Positions 46,978-60,906 of a DNA stretch of 64,000 nucleotides are shown one piece after another. The position numbers and the translations under genes were made by a program. Within the stretch, counting starts at the first letter, position 1, and the number at the start of each line of letters is the position of its first letter. The notes under the pieces were generated by a model. That model saw only the letters and a list, made by a program, of their open reading frames with translations. It had not been told where the DNA came from and did not search any database. Source of the DNA: Leucoraja erinacea. Its lineage: Eukaryota. Location: assembly GCF_028641065.1 (NCBI RefSeq), contig NC_073385.1:46810001-46874000 (forward strand), read 5' to 3'.

Positions 46978-47824
46978 ACAAGCTGCAAAGAGTAGGAGTG
47001 AACGGGTCCTTTTCAGAATGGCAGGCAGTGGCGAGTGGAGTGCCGCAAGGCTCGGTGTTGGGGCCGCAACTGTTTACTATTAATGATTTGGAACGGGGAA
47101 TTAGGAGCAACACTAGCTAGTTTGCGGATGACACAAAGCTGGGTGGCAGAGTGAGCTGTGAAGAGGATGTTAGGAGGTTGCAGGGTGACCTGGACAGGTT
47201 GAGTGAGTGGGCAGATGCGTGGCAGATGCAGTATAACATAGATAAATGTGAGGTTATCCACTTTGGTGGCAAAAACAAAGGGGCAGATTATTATCTTAAT
47301 GGGGTTAGGTTAGGTAAGGAGGAGGTGCAGCGAGACCTGGGTGTCCTTGTACACGAGTCACTGAAAGTTGGCCTTCATAACAAGAGGATTTCAGTATAGG
47401 AGTAAAGAGGTTCTTCTGCAGTTGTATAGGGCTCTGGTGAGACCACATCTGGAGTATTGTGTAGAGTTTTGGTCTCCTAATCTGAGGAAGGACATCCTTG
47501 TGATTGAGGTAATGCAGCATAGGTTCATGAGATTGATCCCTGGGATGGCGGGACTGTCATATGAGGAAAGATTGAAAACATTAGGCTTGTATTCACTGGA
47601 GTTTAGAAGGATGAGGGGGAATATAGAAACATATCAAGTTATAAAAGGACTGGACAAGCTAGATGCAGGAAAAATGTTCCCAATGTTGGGCGAGTCCAGA
47701 ACCAGGGGCCAGTCTTAGAATAAAGGGGGAGGCCATTTAAGACTGTGGAAAAAAAACGTTTTCACCCAGAGTTGTGAATTTGTGGAATTCCCTGCTCCTG
47801 CACCTATTTTCTATATGTTTCTAT
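46978..47824 (+). mobile_element. CR1 LINE 3' fragment nested in an older CR1
   Basis: [14 protein letters not shown]...FADDTK...RPHLEYC, tail ctatatgtttctat; host resumes at ggaggtagttgagg. Confidence 0.8.
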
Positions 47825-49472
47825 AGGAGGTAGTTGAGGCAGGGACTATCCCAACATTTAAGAAACAGTTGGACAGGTTTGGACGGATATGAACCAAATG
47901 CTGGCAGGTGGGACTAGTATAGCTGTGACATGTTGGCCAGTGTGGGAAGTTAGGCCGAAGGGCCTGTTACCACACTGTGACTCTATTGAACTTAGAACAT
48001 TATGTTACAGTCGTACAAGACATTGGTGAGGTCGCATATCGAGTATTGTGTTTCGTTTTGATCACCCTGCTAGGAATTATGCTGTTAAACTGGAAAAAGT
48101 GCACAGAAGATTTACAAGGATGTGGCCATGTCTGAGCTATAGGGAGTTCTTGAGCTGGCTAGGACTTTATTCCTTGGAGCGCAGTAGGATGAGGGTGATC
48201 TAATAGAAGTGTATAAGATCATGAGGAGATAAGAGCCTTTTACCCAGAGTGGGTGAATCAAGGACTGGAGGACATTAAAGTGAGAGGGGAAAGATTTTAT
48301 CGGAACCGGAGGGACAACTGAAGGCAGGGTGGTGGTGGTTATGTGGAACGAGCTGCCGGAGGAGGTGGTTGAGTCATGTACTATAACAACACTTAAAAGA
48401 CATTTGGACAGGTACATGGATAAGAAAGGTTGAGAGAGGTAGGGGGCAAATGCAGAAGGGTGGGACTAGTATCGATGGTGCATCTGAATTGGCATGGGTA
48501 ACTTGGGCTTTATGACACTATTGCTTTTGTGGGAAAGGTAGCTGATTGCCTCACTGTTAGATGTTTTGAGAAACCTGCTGAATTTCAATAGATTTTTTTA
48601 TCAGGTTTTCTTATTTTTAAATGTTCAGTACCCATAAGCAGCACCCCGAGAGCACACTTACTCCTGTGAACAGTGCTTGTTTCCTTCTTATAGAGGAAAG
48701 AGATACTGAGGTTAGTGCAAACACCTATGCTGGAATGTAAGCAGATTTCTGGGCTTTAGGCTAAGCTCCACTCTAGAATTTCCTGACTGCATTGAAATCA
48801 AAGATGGTTCTCGTTGCTGGTGACAGCAAACATAGGGATGCTACTTATGCAAATATGAGATGACCATTAACAAACCAAACAGGAAATACATAAGAAAAGT
48901 CACAATCTAGCGAATGTTTAGAATGTGCAAGTTGTTATAAGTAATTGAAGTAAATGGCATTGAAGGGTAAAATTATACAAGAAGTGATATTGTATCCCAG
49001 TGATCAAGTAAATGATCCTATTTGTCATGAAATTATAAAATGGTGCCACTTAATTAAAGAGCTTTTTTTTTCCTAGGACTTTGTGAGTCGTAATGTAATT
49101 AAAAGGATACATTTCTCAAAGAAATAGCAAAATTATGTCCAGAATACAACTTTTAATAACATTCTAAAATTGTATATATTTTATAAAACGCATAAATCCC
49201 AAAGAAAATTTATAAAGGCTGTGCCAATCAAAATATGTCCAACAAATTAACGCATCTCTTGTTACCTTAATTATAGTGACAGTTAATCCTGCATTTTGCT
49301 TTGAACAAACCACTTGGCATCAGTTTATGTCTGTTAAGCTTAAATCACATTCTATTCTAACCACAAAATGTTGCTTTTCTCCAGGAACATGTGTTTGAGT
49401 GAGTGTATGTCATCAGTGCAAGGTACTCCATAAACTGTTAGTACTTTTCTTACACTTATTTTCTGTGATTAG

Positions 49473-49537
49473 GTTTGATTATTGATGCTTTTGGGGAGCT
49501 GAGAGACCAACAGGAGCAAGTGCGAGAAGACATGGAG
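49473..49537 (+). CDS. RYR3: RYR3 exon (S6 gate and cytoplasmic extension): (G)LIIDAFGELRDQQEQVREDME
   Basis: gattag acceptor, gtgtgt donor; 65 nt. Confidence 0.96.
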
Positions 49538-50099
49538 GTGTGTTTAGTTTACAACTGATATTTCGCATTACTCCCCTTGTGACAGCAGAAGGTGGTTATT
49601 TGTCTCTCTCAGAGCAATCCCTTTCCACCGCTTATTTCCTTATACCATTCCTCCGTACTTAATCTCCCTTACACGGTCATCAAATCTCCACTATTTCCCT
49701 ACTGCATACCTTTACAAAGAGACAAATTAAAGCAATACAGTAAATCCACCAACTAGCATATCTTTGGGATGTGGGAGGAAATCAGAGCACCTGAGGGAAA
49801 CTGGGAGAATGTATAAACAGCAAATGAGGATCAAACCTGGGTCTCTGGAGCCATAAGGTGCCAGAAGCTGCTGTGTCATTGTGTTCCCTATACATTATGT
49901 TGATACCAGTGTCCATGCTTTCCTTGGTTTCACATTAATGCTGTATAGTTACCATAACAATCAGTATTCAAATGTACCATATACCAACAAATTAATATGT
50001 CCTCGCATATGTAAAAATGTAATGCATGAATAACAGTGCAAAGACAATTATTGTTGGCAACTACTTGAATCAATGGATTGTTCTTTCACTATGTTCTAG

Positions 50100-50200
50100 A
50101 CCAAATGCTTTATTTGTGGAATTGGCAATGACTACTTTGACAGGACACCACATGGTTTTGAAATACATACTTTGCAAGAGCACAACCTTGCAAATTACCT
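50100..50200 (+). CDS. RYR3: RYR3 exon (C2H2 zinc finger, ATP site): [33 protein letters not shown](L)
   Basis: ttctag acceptor, gtgagt donor; 101 nt. Confidence 0.97.
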
Positions 50201-50649
50201 GTGAGTATAAATACTGTATGTGTAAGGTGTTTATGAGAAGATAACTAAGTTGCATCAAGGAAAGGGAGGAGTCTTCCTGTCAGCATTGGAAACCTGTTAA
50301 AGGAATCCAATAATTAAAGAAAGCAGTTTAGAGCATGAGATATTTAAATGGAACCAAAGAAAGATCTGTTTGGTGGATTGGCACTAAATTGGTCAGGTCC
50401 CACCTGATTTTTGCAGGGTTTCTCATATTCACTAGATACCAAACTTAGACCAAGAGTACGATAAGACTTTGCAGTGGAATCGTGTGCCAGGTTACACCAT
50501 TCAATCTGTCCAGCCCCCTCTCTGGTTCTTTCCATTCTCTGAATGTTTGTATATACTACCTACCTCTTTGGCAGTCATATGTGGAAGAACAATAATTTAG
50601 ATGTTGTATTTAATTGTACTCTGTGCAATTCTATCATCCGAATAGATCA

Positions 50650-51635
50650 CTTTCCACTCCAAGGATAAAGTCCTAGCCTGCCCAAAAACTGCAGTAATTA
50701 TTAAATACTTCCTATACCAGGGTGACCAAATCTGAACACAGTGCTCCAAATACGGCCTCACCAACGAGCAGTGCAATTGTAACGTAATATTCCGACTTTT
50801 ATGCTCAATATCCTGATTGATGAAGACCAATGAATCAAAAGTCTTCTTGACCGCCCTGTCTACCTGTGATGCTACTTTCAGGGAACCACGTACCTACACT
50901 CCTAAATCCCTCTGCTTTACAATACTCCCCAGGGCCCTGCGATTCACTGTTAAAGTCCTGCCCTTGTTTGACTTCGCAAAATACAACACTGCACTTACCT
51001 GCAAAAAACTCCATTAACCACTCCTCAGCCCACTTGCCCAACTGATCAAGATCTTGCTGTAATTTTTAATAAATTTCTACAACAGTATCTACTTTAGTGT
51101 TAAAAGTAAACTTACTAATCACGCCTTGTACATTCTCATCCAAATCATTGATATAAATCAAAAACAGCATTGGGCCCAGCACCAATCCCTGAAGCACACC
51201 TTTAGTCACAGGCTAGTCTGAAAAACAACCTTTCACCTTCCCCGTCTGCTTCCATCCATGAAGCCAATTCTCTATCCAGTCAGCTTGGATCCTATGCAAT
51301 CTAACCTTCCAGAGCAGCCTAACATGCGGAACCTTATCAAATGCCTTGCTGCTCCACATAGACAATGCAAACAGCTTTGCCCTCGTCAACCTTTTGTTAC
51401 TTCTTGAAAGAAAAACTCAATCAGATTCGTAAGACACAATCTCCCACGTACAAAAACCATGTTAATCAGTCCCTGTCTATCCTCAGAATCCTCTCTAGCA
51501 ACTTGCCTACCACAGGTATTAGACTCCAAGGTCTATCGCTTGCAGGCTTTTCTTTGCAGCCCTTCTTAAATAGAAGGATACCATTAACCACCCTCCAGTC
51601 TTTTGGCACCTCACCCATGTCTAATGATAATTCAT
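50650..51635 (-). mobile_element. Degenerate CR1 LINE
   Basis: DWRVVNGILLFKKG, LVRPYLEHCVQIWSP fragments. Confidence 0.85.
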
Positions 51636-52214
51636 ATAAAAACCATAAATTTAAGGCCCCCAAAACCTTCATCTGGCACAATGTTTTACTGACTCAGTGT
51701 AAGGTCAGGATGATTAGCTTAAGGTATGGTGATAACTAACACCATGCTCTGATAAATAATTGTTAAGATATTTATGCCTAACATAAGATTCAAAGTCACA
51801 GCTCTCAGAAGGTTTGATCTGCATTTCTCCAAGTGAACTAAATTTGACTTCTGAGATTAATGCTATAAATTAGATGTCAAATCAATTTAGGACATTTCAC
51901 ATTTATGCACTTTTGTGTGTCTTTAACATCCAAGCTGAAATGGAGGGGAATTGACTATTGCATGGAAAGTAGCTGCCTGGCAACCAGCAGACTTTGTCGT
52001 GTTAAGAGAGATGAGTTTGGGAGAAAATATAATAATCAAATGAAAGAGATCATCATGACGTTTGTGGCAACTTCACTGATGTTGCCAACAAAGTGACTGG
52101 ACAGAAGCAGTGCCCACTCCCAATCATTGCTGCTCAAACAGGGCAGAAATGCATCACCATTTCATTCTAGTGCAATATGATTTTAAAAAACGATAGTTCT
52201 GGGGGAGGTGTTCT

Positions 52215-54753
52215 GGGGGGAGGTGGGACCAGTACAAACAGGACGGTCTGCACCTGGGCTGGAATGGAACCAATGTCCTTGGGGGAGTGTTTGCTAGTGC
52301 TGTCGGGGTGGATTTAAACTAATGTGGCAGGGGGATGTAAAATGAGGGTAGAAGCAATAGGTAGCAAGGTGAAAAGTAAAAGTGGCAGGCAGACAAAACC
52401 AGGGCAAAAATCAAAAAGGGCCACTTTTCAACATAATTGTATAAGGGGTAAGAGAGTTGTAAAAACAAGCCTGAAGTCTTTGTGTCTCAATGCAAGGAGT
52501 ATTCGTAATAAGGTGGATGAGTTGAACGTGCAGATAGCCATTAATGATTATGATATAGTTGGGATTACGGAGACATGACTCCAGGGTGACCAAGGCTGGG
52601 AGCTGAACATCCAGGGATATTCAATATTCAGGAGGGATAGACAGAAAGGAAAAGGAGGTGGGGTAGCGTTGCTGGTTAGAGAGGAGATTAACGCAATGGA
52701 AAGGAAGGACATTAGTTTGGAGGATGTGGAATCGGTATGGGTAGAGCTGCGAAACACTAAGGGGCAGAAAACGCTGGTGGGTGTTGTGTACAGGCCACCT
52801 AACAGTAGTAGTGAAGTTGGAGATGGTATCAAACAGGAAATTAGAAATGCGTGCGACAAAGGAAAAACAGTTATAATGGGTGACTTCAATCTACATATAG
52901 ATTGGGTGAATCAAATTGGCAGGGGTGCTGAGGAAGAGGATTTCTTGGAATGTATGTGGGATAGTTATCTAAATCAACATGTAGAGGAACCAACGAGAGA
53001 GCAGGATATTTTAGACTGGGTATTGAATAATGAGGGAGGGTTAGTTAGCAATCTTGTTGTACGTGCCCCCTTGGGCAAGAGCGACCATAATATGGCTGAG
53101 TTATTCATTAGGATGGAGAGTGACATTGTTAATTCAGAAACAATGGTTCTGAACTTAAAGAAAGGTGACTTTGAGGGTATGAGACGTGAATTGGCCATGA
53201 TTGACTGGCAATTAATTCTAAAAGGGTTGACGGTGGATGTGCAATGGAAGACATTAAAGACTGCATGGATGAACTACAAAAATTGTTCATCCCAGTTTGG
53301 CAAAATAATAAATCAGGGATGGTAGTGCATCCGTGGATAACAAGGGAAATCAGGGATAGTATCAAAGCGAAGGATGATGTGTACAAATTAGCCTGAAAGA
53401 GCAGCATACCAGAGGACTGGGAGAAATTCAGAGACCAGCAGAGGAGGACAAAGGGCTTAATTAGGAAAGGAAAAATAGATTATGAAAGAAAACTGGCAGG
53501 GAACATAAAAACTGACTGCAAAAGTTTTTATAGATATGTGAAAAGAAAGAGATTAGTTAAAACAAATGTAGGTCCCTTGCAGTCAGAAACAGGTGAGTTG
53601 ATAATGGGGAACAAGGATATGGTGGACCAATTGAATAACTACTTTGGTTCCGTCTTCACTAAGGAAGACATAAATAATCTGCCGGAAATAGCAGGGGACC
53701 GCGGGTCAAAGGAGTTGGAGGAATTGAGTGAAATCCAGGTTAGTCGGGAAGTGGTGTTGGGTAAATTGAATGGATTAAAGGCCGATAAATCCCCAGGGCC
53801 AGATAGGCTGCATCCCAGAGTACTTAAGGAAGTAGCTCCAGAAATAGTGGATGCATTAGTAATAATCTTTCAAAACTCTTTAGATTCTGGAGTAGTTCCT
53901 GAGGATTGGCGGGTAGCAAACGTAACCCCACTTTTTAAGAAGGGAGGGAGAGAGAAAACGGGGAATTACAGACCAGTTATTCTAACATCGGTAGTAGGGA
54001 AACTGCTAGAGTCAGTTATTAAAGATGGGATAGCAGCACATTTGGAAAGTGGTGAAATCATTGGACAAAGTCAGCATGGATTTACGAAAGGTAAATCATG
54101 TCTGTTATGTTAGCTTTCATAGCAAAAGGATTTGAGCATAGGAGCAGGGAGGTTCTACTGCAGTTGTACAGGGTCTTGGTGAGACCACACCTGGAGTATT
54201 GCGTACAGTTTTGGTCTCCAAATCTGAGGAAGGACATTATTGCCATAGACGGAGTGCAGAGAAGGTTCACCAGACTGATTCCTGGGATGTCAGGACTGTC
54301 TTATGAAGAAAGACTGGATAGACCTGGTTTATACTCTCTAGAATTTAGGAGACTGAGAGGGGATCTTATAGAAACTTACAAAATTCTTAAGGGGTTGGAC
54401 GGGCTAGATGCAGGAAGATTGTTCCCGATGTTGGGGGAAGTCCAGGACAAGGGGTCACAGCTTAAGGATAAGGGGGAAATCCTTTAAAACCGAGATGAGA
54501 AGAACTTTTTTCACACAGAGAGTGGTGAATCTCTGGAACTCTCTGCCACAGAGGGTAGTTGAGGTCAGTTCATTGGCTATATTTAAGAGGGAGTTAGATG
54601 TGGCCCTTGTGGCTAAGGGGATCAGAGGGTATGGAGAGAAGGCAGGTACCGGATACTGAGTTGGATGATCAGCCATGATCATATTGAATGGCGGTGCAGG
54701 CTCGAAGGGCCGTGTGGCCTACTCCTGCACCTAATTCCTATGTTTCTATGTTT
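52215..54753 (+). mobile_element. CR1 LINE with APE endonuclease and internally deleted RT core
   Basis: LCLNARSIRNK..GITET, YRPP, MGDFN, SDH endonuclease motifs; KSPGPD; jumps at about 54104 from GKSCL to MLAFIAKG; complete 3' tail. Confidence 0.92.
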
Positions 54754-55352
54754 CATGTTCACAAAATATTAAAGCACTAAAAATGGTAACATTTTTCAAA
54801 TTGTGGGTCAAAGTTCTAGGAGATATAGTGCTGCAATATTAAACATTAACATCATGGCCAGATTGCCTGAATCAATCTCCCGTGCCCTTGTGGCTTAAAA
54901 TGAGTTCAAAGCACCAGCAATTGTCTATTTAACAACTCATTGCAATTGAAAACCATCAAACCTTTTCACAAAAAATGAGCAGCTAATGAGGGGGATCTGG
55001 GGTGTACTGACTGAGAGAGGAGTGCAAACTGGTTCTAAAGTGAACTGAGCAAATATCTTAAAGGAAAGAATCTGCACGTCCATGGAAAAGAGGTTATTGA
55101 TACATTGCTCTTAACTAGAGCTGATATTGATTCAGAAGGCAGCCGTTTGGCCTGTAGAGGTGGTACCATTCTGCAACTCTCAAAATGTCACTGATCATCC
55201 CAAACATAGACATAAACATAATAGGAATAAAAGTGAAAACAGAAACTGTTTATCTTTTCAATGCTCTCTCACAGCTTTGATTGCATTTCTGAGGGAAAGA
55301 GAGACCATTGTATATTTGAGTGTGATTTTAAGTCAAGTTTTCTTAATTGCAG

Positions 55353-55404
55353 ATTCTTCATGATGTACCTCATTAACAAAGATGAAACTGAACACACTGG
55401 TCAA
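55353..55404 (+). CDS. RYR3: RYR3 exon: FFMMYLINKDETEHTGQ
   Basis: ttgcag acceptor, gtaagt donor; 52 nt. Confidence 0.96.
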
Positions 55405-57207
55405 GTAAGTGAGGAGGGAAGGGGAAGTGGCAGGGGGAAGGAAGGGAGAGTTGAGGGGAAATAGAAAAGGGGAGAAGGAGGAGAGGAGAGGGGAATGATG
55501 ATGATTTTAATATAGTATTGCCAGTTATTTTAATGGACCATTCAAAGCATTATTTGATGGTACAATTAAACCTATGGGAAGGGGACGATAAAGCATGAAC
55601 AATACATTGGAGCAAAGGAGAGCATGGGAATGACATAAGATTGTAAATTATGAAGTGATTTTAAGCCAGTGAAATGTGGTCATATAGCACAGAACCAGTT
55701 CAATTGAATACCATTAAATATGCAGATAAATTAGTTAAGACATCATAAGGGAATTTCAACTATATTAACAATGTAAACATTACTAATTGGACATATGAGC
55801 TAGGGAATTAAGAAGTGGATTTAGAAATAAGAAATGACCCAGTGAAGAAAAAATAGGGACACATCAAAGAAACAGTTGTAATGAACATATTTTAGTATAT
55901 TCATAAAACAGGATTATGAACATAATTAAAGCCAGCTTTATACTTTGGAAAAGGCAGATATTAAAAGGGTGTGGCTGGAATTGGGAACATAAGTGGGCCA
56001 TACTAAGAGATGTCAACTAAAAAACATTTAAAAATTCATCAGGAGCAGTAAAAATATATATTGCAACATAAAACAATATAGCACAGGAACAGGCCTTCAG
56101 ACCCATGCCGAACATATTGCCAACTTAAATTAATGTCCTCTGCCTGCATATGATCCATATCATGTGCCTGTACAAAAGCACCTTAAATGCCACGATCATT
56201 GGTAACACGATTTGCCATGATTGGTAAAAAAAAATTAATAAAAATTACATTAGAATAATGGAGGTGGACAGGACAATATCACTTAACAATGTGAAATGCA
56301 TGAAAAATAATAAATTACTAAGAAGTTTGCTGACCCAAAACCCCATCTATCCATCCCCTCCACAGATGCTGCCTCACCCACTGAGTTCCTCCAGCACTTT
56401 TGTTTTTTTGCTCAAGATTCCAGTATCTGCCATTTCTTGTCTCAATATCAAATCACTTTGCTTCAGGGTTAGCTAAGACGCAGAAGAGATGGCACTAGAT
56501 AATGACATGAGTGTATTTAAAACAGCAATAGAAGATGGATGAAATAAGCAAATGAAACGCTGGCTAAAATCCCTGTTCTAGATAGATCAAACAGTGCATT
56601 TTTGAAGAGTCTGAGTAAGAGGGAGTAAAGGCATCATGACATATTTAGTCATTCATTTGAGTAAGGTATATTGATAGAGAACAAGACGGCTAATGTAACT
56701 CACTGTATTTCAGAAAGAGGGATAGAGCATGGCATAACATAGGATTTATAAAATAGAGGGTAGGGGTATTCCCAAAGAATACAGCAGAGTCCAGAGCCGT
56801 TTACATTTGTGTTTTAGACTCTGAAATGAAAAACAAAATGTTTAAGCATGCAGTTGATATTATTATTATTCAGAAGATGCATCTGTAGAAGAGGAAATAA
56901 AAATAAAGCGCTGAAAATAATCAGTAGGTTAGGCATTTCCTGTGAAAAGGGTTAACATTTTATGTCAAGGACTCTTCAGCAGAACAGATGACAAAAAGCA
57001 GAGGCTGGGAGTAAAAGCCAATGCTATAGAGTGTTCATGAAATACAAATATAACAATCCTAAAAAGCTGCATCACAAGATCAAACAAAGAGAAAACTTAG
57101 GTTTATTTCTAAAATGATGCAGTTAGAAGTCAAGGACATATGGTTCAATCACATTTTGAAAAATAATGTATATGCAGTTGTGGTCATCATAATATAAAAG
57201 AGATAAA

Positions 57208-58566
57208 AGAGTCAGTTATTAAAAATGGGATAGCAGCACATTTGGAAAGTGGTGAAATCATTGGACAAAGTCAGCATGGATTTACGAAAGGTAAATCATG
57301 TCTGACGAATCTTATAGAATTTTTCGAGGATGTATCTATTAGAGTGGATAAGGGAGAACCAGTGGATGTGTTATATCTGGACTTTCAGAAGGCTTTCGAC
57401 AAGGTCCCACATAAGAGATTAGTATACAAACTTAAAGCACACGGTATTGGTGGTTCAGTATTGATGTGGATAGAGAACTGGCTGGCAAACAGGAAGCAAA
57501 GAGTAGGAGTAAACGGGTCCTTTTCAGAATGGCAGGGAGTGACTAGTGGGGTACCGCAAGGCTCAGTGCTGGGACCCCAGCTATTTACAATATATATTAA
57601 TGATTTGGACGAGGGAATTGAATGCAACATATCCAAGTTTGCGGATGACACGAAGCTGGGGGGCAATGTTAGCTGTGAGGAGGATACTAGGAGGCTGCAA
57701 GGTGACTTGGATAGGCTGGGTGACTGAGCAAATGCATGGCAGATGCAGTATAATGTGGATAAATGTGAGGTTATCCACTTTGGTGGCAAAAACAGGAAAG
57801 TAGACTATTATTTAAATGGTGGATGATTAGGAAAAGGGGAGATGCAACGAGACCTGGGTGGCACGGTACACCAGTCATTGAAAGTAGGCATGCAGGTGCA
57901 GCAGGCAGTGAAGAAAGCGAATGGTATGTTAGCATTCATAGCAAAAGGATTTGAGTATAGGAGCAGGGAGGTTCTACTGCAGTTATACAGGGTATTGGTG
58001 AGACCACACCTGGAATATTGTGTAGTTTTGGTCTCCAAATCTGAGGAAAGAGACATTCTTGCCATAGAGGGAGTACAGAGAAGGTTCACCAGACTGATTC
58101 CTGGGATGTCAGGACTTTCATATGAAGAAAGACTGGATAGACTCGGCTTGTACTCGCTAGAATTTAGAAGATTGAGGAGGGATCTTATAGAAACTTACAA
58201 AATTCTTAAGGGGTTGGACAGGCTAGATGCAGGAAGATTGTTCCCGATGTTGGGGAAGTCCAGGACAAGGGGTCCCAGTTTAAGGATAAAGGGGAAATCC
58301 TTTAGGACCGAGATGAGAAACACATTTTTCACAGAGAGTGGTGAATCTCTGGAACTCTCTGCCACAGAAGGTAGTTGAGGCCAGTTCATTGGCTATATTT
58401 AAGAGGGAGTTAGATGTGGCCGTTGTGGCTAAAGGGATCAGGGGGTATGGAGAGAAGGCAGGTACAGGATACTGAGTTGGATGATCAGCCATGATCATAT
58501 TGAATGGCGGTGCAGGCTCGAAGGGCCAAATGGCCTACTCCTGCACCTATTGTCTATGTTTCTATG
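57208..58566 (+). mobile_element. Young CR1 LINE, 5'-truncated
   Basis: ORFs 57242-57727 ([28 protein letters not shown]) and 57842-58378; tail ctatgtttctatg. Confidence 0.93.
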
Positions 58567-58835
58567 ACAGCAGAAATTCAAGGATATACATATTAGAATA
58601 AACAGACCAGGTCTCTTTGCTCTTGAGAAGAGTATGTGGAGTGATCTCAAAACATTATAGATTTTGATAAAGTGGATGAGGAATAAATGTTTTCATATTG
58701 AAAAAGAGCATAACCAAGGGCCATTGGTATTAGACAATCATCTTGCAAATCCAATAGGGAATTCAAATAAACTGGTTTATCCAAAGAATGATGAGAATAT
58801 GGAACTCGTAACCATGAGAAGATAAATACATTTAA

Positions 58836-59111
<276 letters not shown>

Positions 59112-59748
59112 ATGAAAATATTGCTTGAACTTACCTACTGAATGAACGCATGGAATTTGGCATGAATGTATAATGGAGCAAACAGATATTTGCTGTTGCA
59201 AATCAAAATCAAAATAAATGTGAAAGATGTTGAAAATACAACCGTCTTAAACAGTGATATTCAACTTTTAAGTACACAAAGTGTAACACTTAACAGATTT
59301 GGAGTTACTATTAAGATATTGAAGTTAATCTTTTCTGTAGCTTTTGGCTAACTGATTAAACAGAACCACCTTGTCATAAATTGCAAAAAAAAGCATCAAA
59401 ATAAATTGTGCCTTACCTTTAGCCAATGCTAAGTAACAACATGTTCTGTTTTCTAGTGTATGCTCCTCAAAAAAAAAAGCTAAGTTAGAATTTGTTCACA
59501 ATGTTGAGTCTTATTGTATGCTGTACGAATATGTTGACTGATCTCTGCTTGCCAAGGCAGCAGCTGAGCTGTTAATTTATAACTTTTTTCCGGATATGGC
59601 ATTCAATTTAATGAAATGCTATAACCCTTACATTTTTAATGTGCATTGGCTGTGGTGTACATCTTTTCTTCAAATTAAAAGTAATCAGCCTAAAAGCTTC
59701 AATTTAAAATAATTCAACCATGCTATCTACAGTATAATACAGTTTTGA

Positions 59749-59754
59749 AATAAA
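59749..59754 (+). promoter_or_regulatory. Candidate RYR3 polyadenylation signal (AATAAA)
   Basis: AATAAA followed about 20 nt later by a T/GT-rich tract; other AATAAA near 59213, 59399 and 59868 are alternatives. Confidence 0.45.
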
Positions 59755-60032
59755 GCAATTGAAATTCAATAATGTATCTTTTGTAGAAAAATATGCCTTT
59801 GTTTAATGAGAATAATGACAGTGCATCATTTTGTAACAGCTGATGCTGGAGCACATTGAAGGCACAGAATAAATATCTCTTTGGCCATGAATGTGATATC
59901 ACTTTGTTCGAACCAATCTATATAAAGATGTTTTTTAAAACCTGCTGTAATTACACTGTCGTGAATGGTACCAAAACATATGGATAATTGACAATCACAG
60001 CTCTTAGAATGCATCTCTTAGCTTAATGACAT

Positions 60033-60038
60033 TTTATT
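60033..60038 (-). promoter_or_regulatory. Candidate AVEN polyadenylation signal (AATAAA on -)
   Basis: tttatt on +, about 335 nt past the AVEN stop; ATTAAA near 59802-59807 is an alternative. Confidence 0.4.
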
Positions 60039-60371
60039 ATTGTGTCCTTTACTCAGAAAATAACAAACTAATGGATCTAATAGATTTTACTTATTTCCAT
60101 TACTCCTTTTACATATAAATATAATTATTTTGCTGAATCCAAGTCATTCAGTGAAGTGAGCATTTTTTCTATGTTCACTAACATTCTGATACTAATTTGC
60201 AGCACTTGGAAACAAAAATTAAGAAAAATGTATCCTCAATGTTGAAATACATGCTGTAGAAGTAATTACCCGACTGTAAGCTTTGTGCAAGGAAATGCAA
60301 TGCCACCGTTACATTCAGAGTCAAGTACTTTTTGTCAGTACTTACATCCTTGCAAGACTATCATGGTGACA

Positions 60372-60484
60372 TTACGATATCATGCTATCTAACCAATCTT
60401 CAAGTTCCACTTCGGGGTCAAGCTTCTCAGCTGTTCCTGTTGGTTGTGAATTTGTATTGTCTATTACCTCAGCACCAGATGTGT
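60372..60484 (-). CDS. AVEN: AVEN last coding exon: (D)TSGAEVIDNTNSQPTGTAEKLDPEVELEDWLDSMIS*
   Basis: Minus-strand acceptor tttaaacag; ends ELEDWLDSMIS*, the AVEN C-terminal motif; phase matches the upstream exon. Not present in the supplied ORF track. Confidence 0.92.
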
Positions 60485-60906
60485 CTGTTTAAAGACAAAA
60501 AAATAATGATTTCACAACAACAAGATATTAAAAAGGAATGCAAACCATTTCCATGTTTACTCACACCACAAAGACAATTCTACCTTCCACAGGGACCGTT
60601 CCCTCCACAACTCCCTGGTAAACTCATCCCTTCCCACCCTCTTCCCAGGTACCTTCCCCTGCAACCGCATTTTATCCCAACCACCAAATTAAATATAACA
60701 TTGTTCATTAAGTCCAACAATGTGCATCCTAGATTTATCATTGGCAGCTTCCAATTGTTTTTTGTAACTTATAATTTTCACAAGTGTGCTGAATTATTAC
60801 TAGTGTGTATTCAAACTGAAGAAATGAATGAAATATTACTAAACATTCAAAATCGGTATTCCTAGCATTTGAAAAATAAAATGTGCTTTTAATGACAGTG
60901 GCTCAC

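Larger units (their letters stand above)
41110..48515 (+). mobile_element. Nested cluster of CR1 LINEs; the oldest host copy is split at about 41440/45658 and 46977/47825
   Basis: Many RT and C-terminal fragments; host sequence resumes across the insertions. Confidence 0.85.

Noticed and set aside
60332-60865. 177-aa plus-strand ORF
   Set aside because: Antisense to the AVEN last exon and intron, partly a Penelope-like remnant; no recognisable protein.
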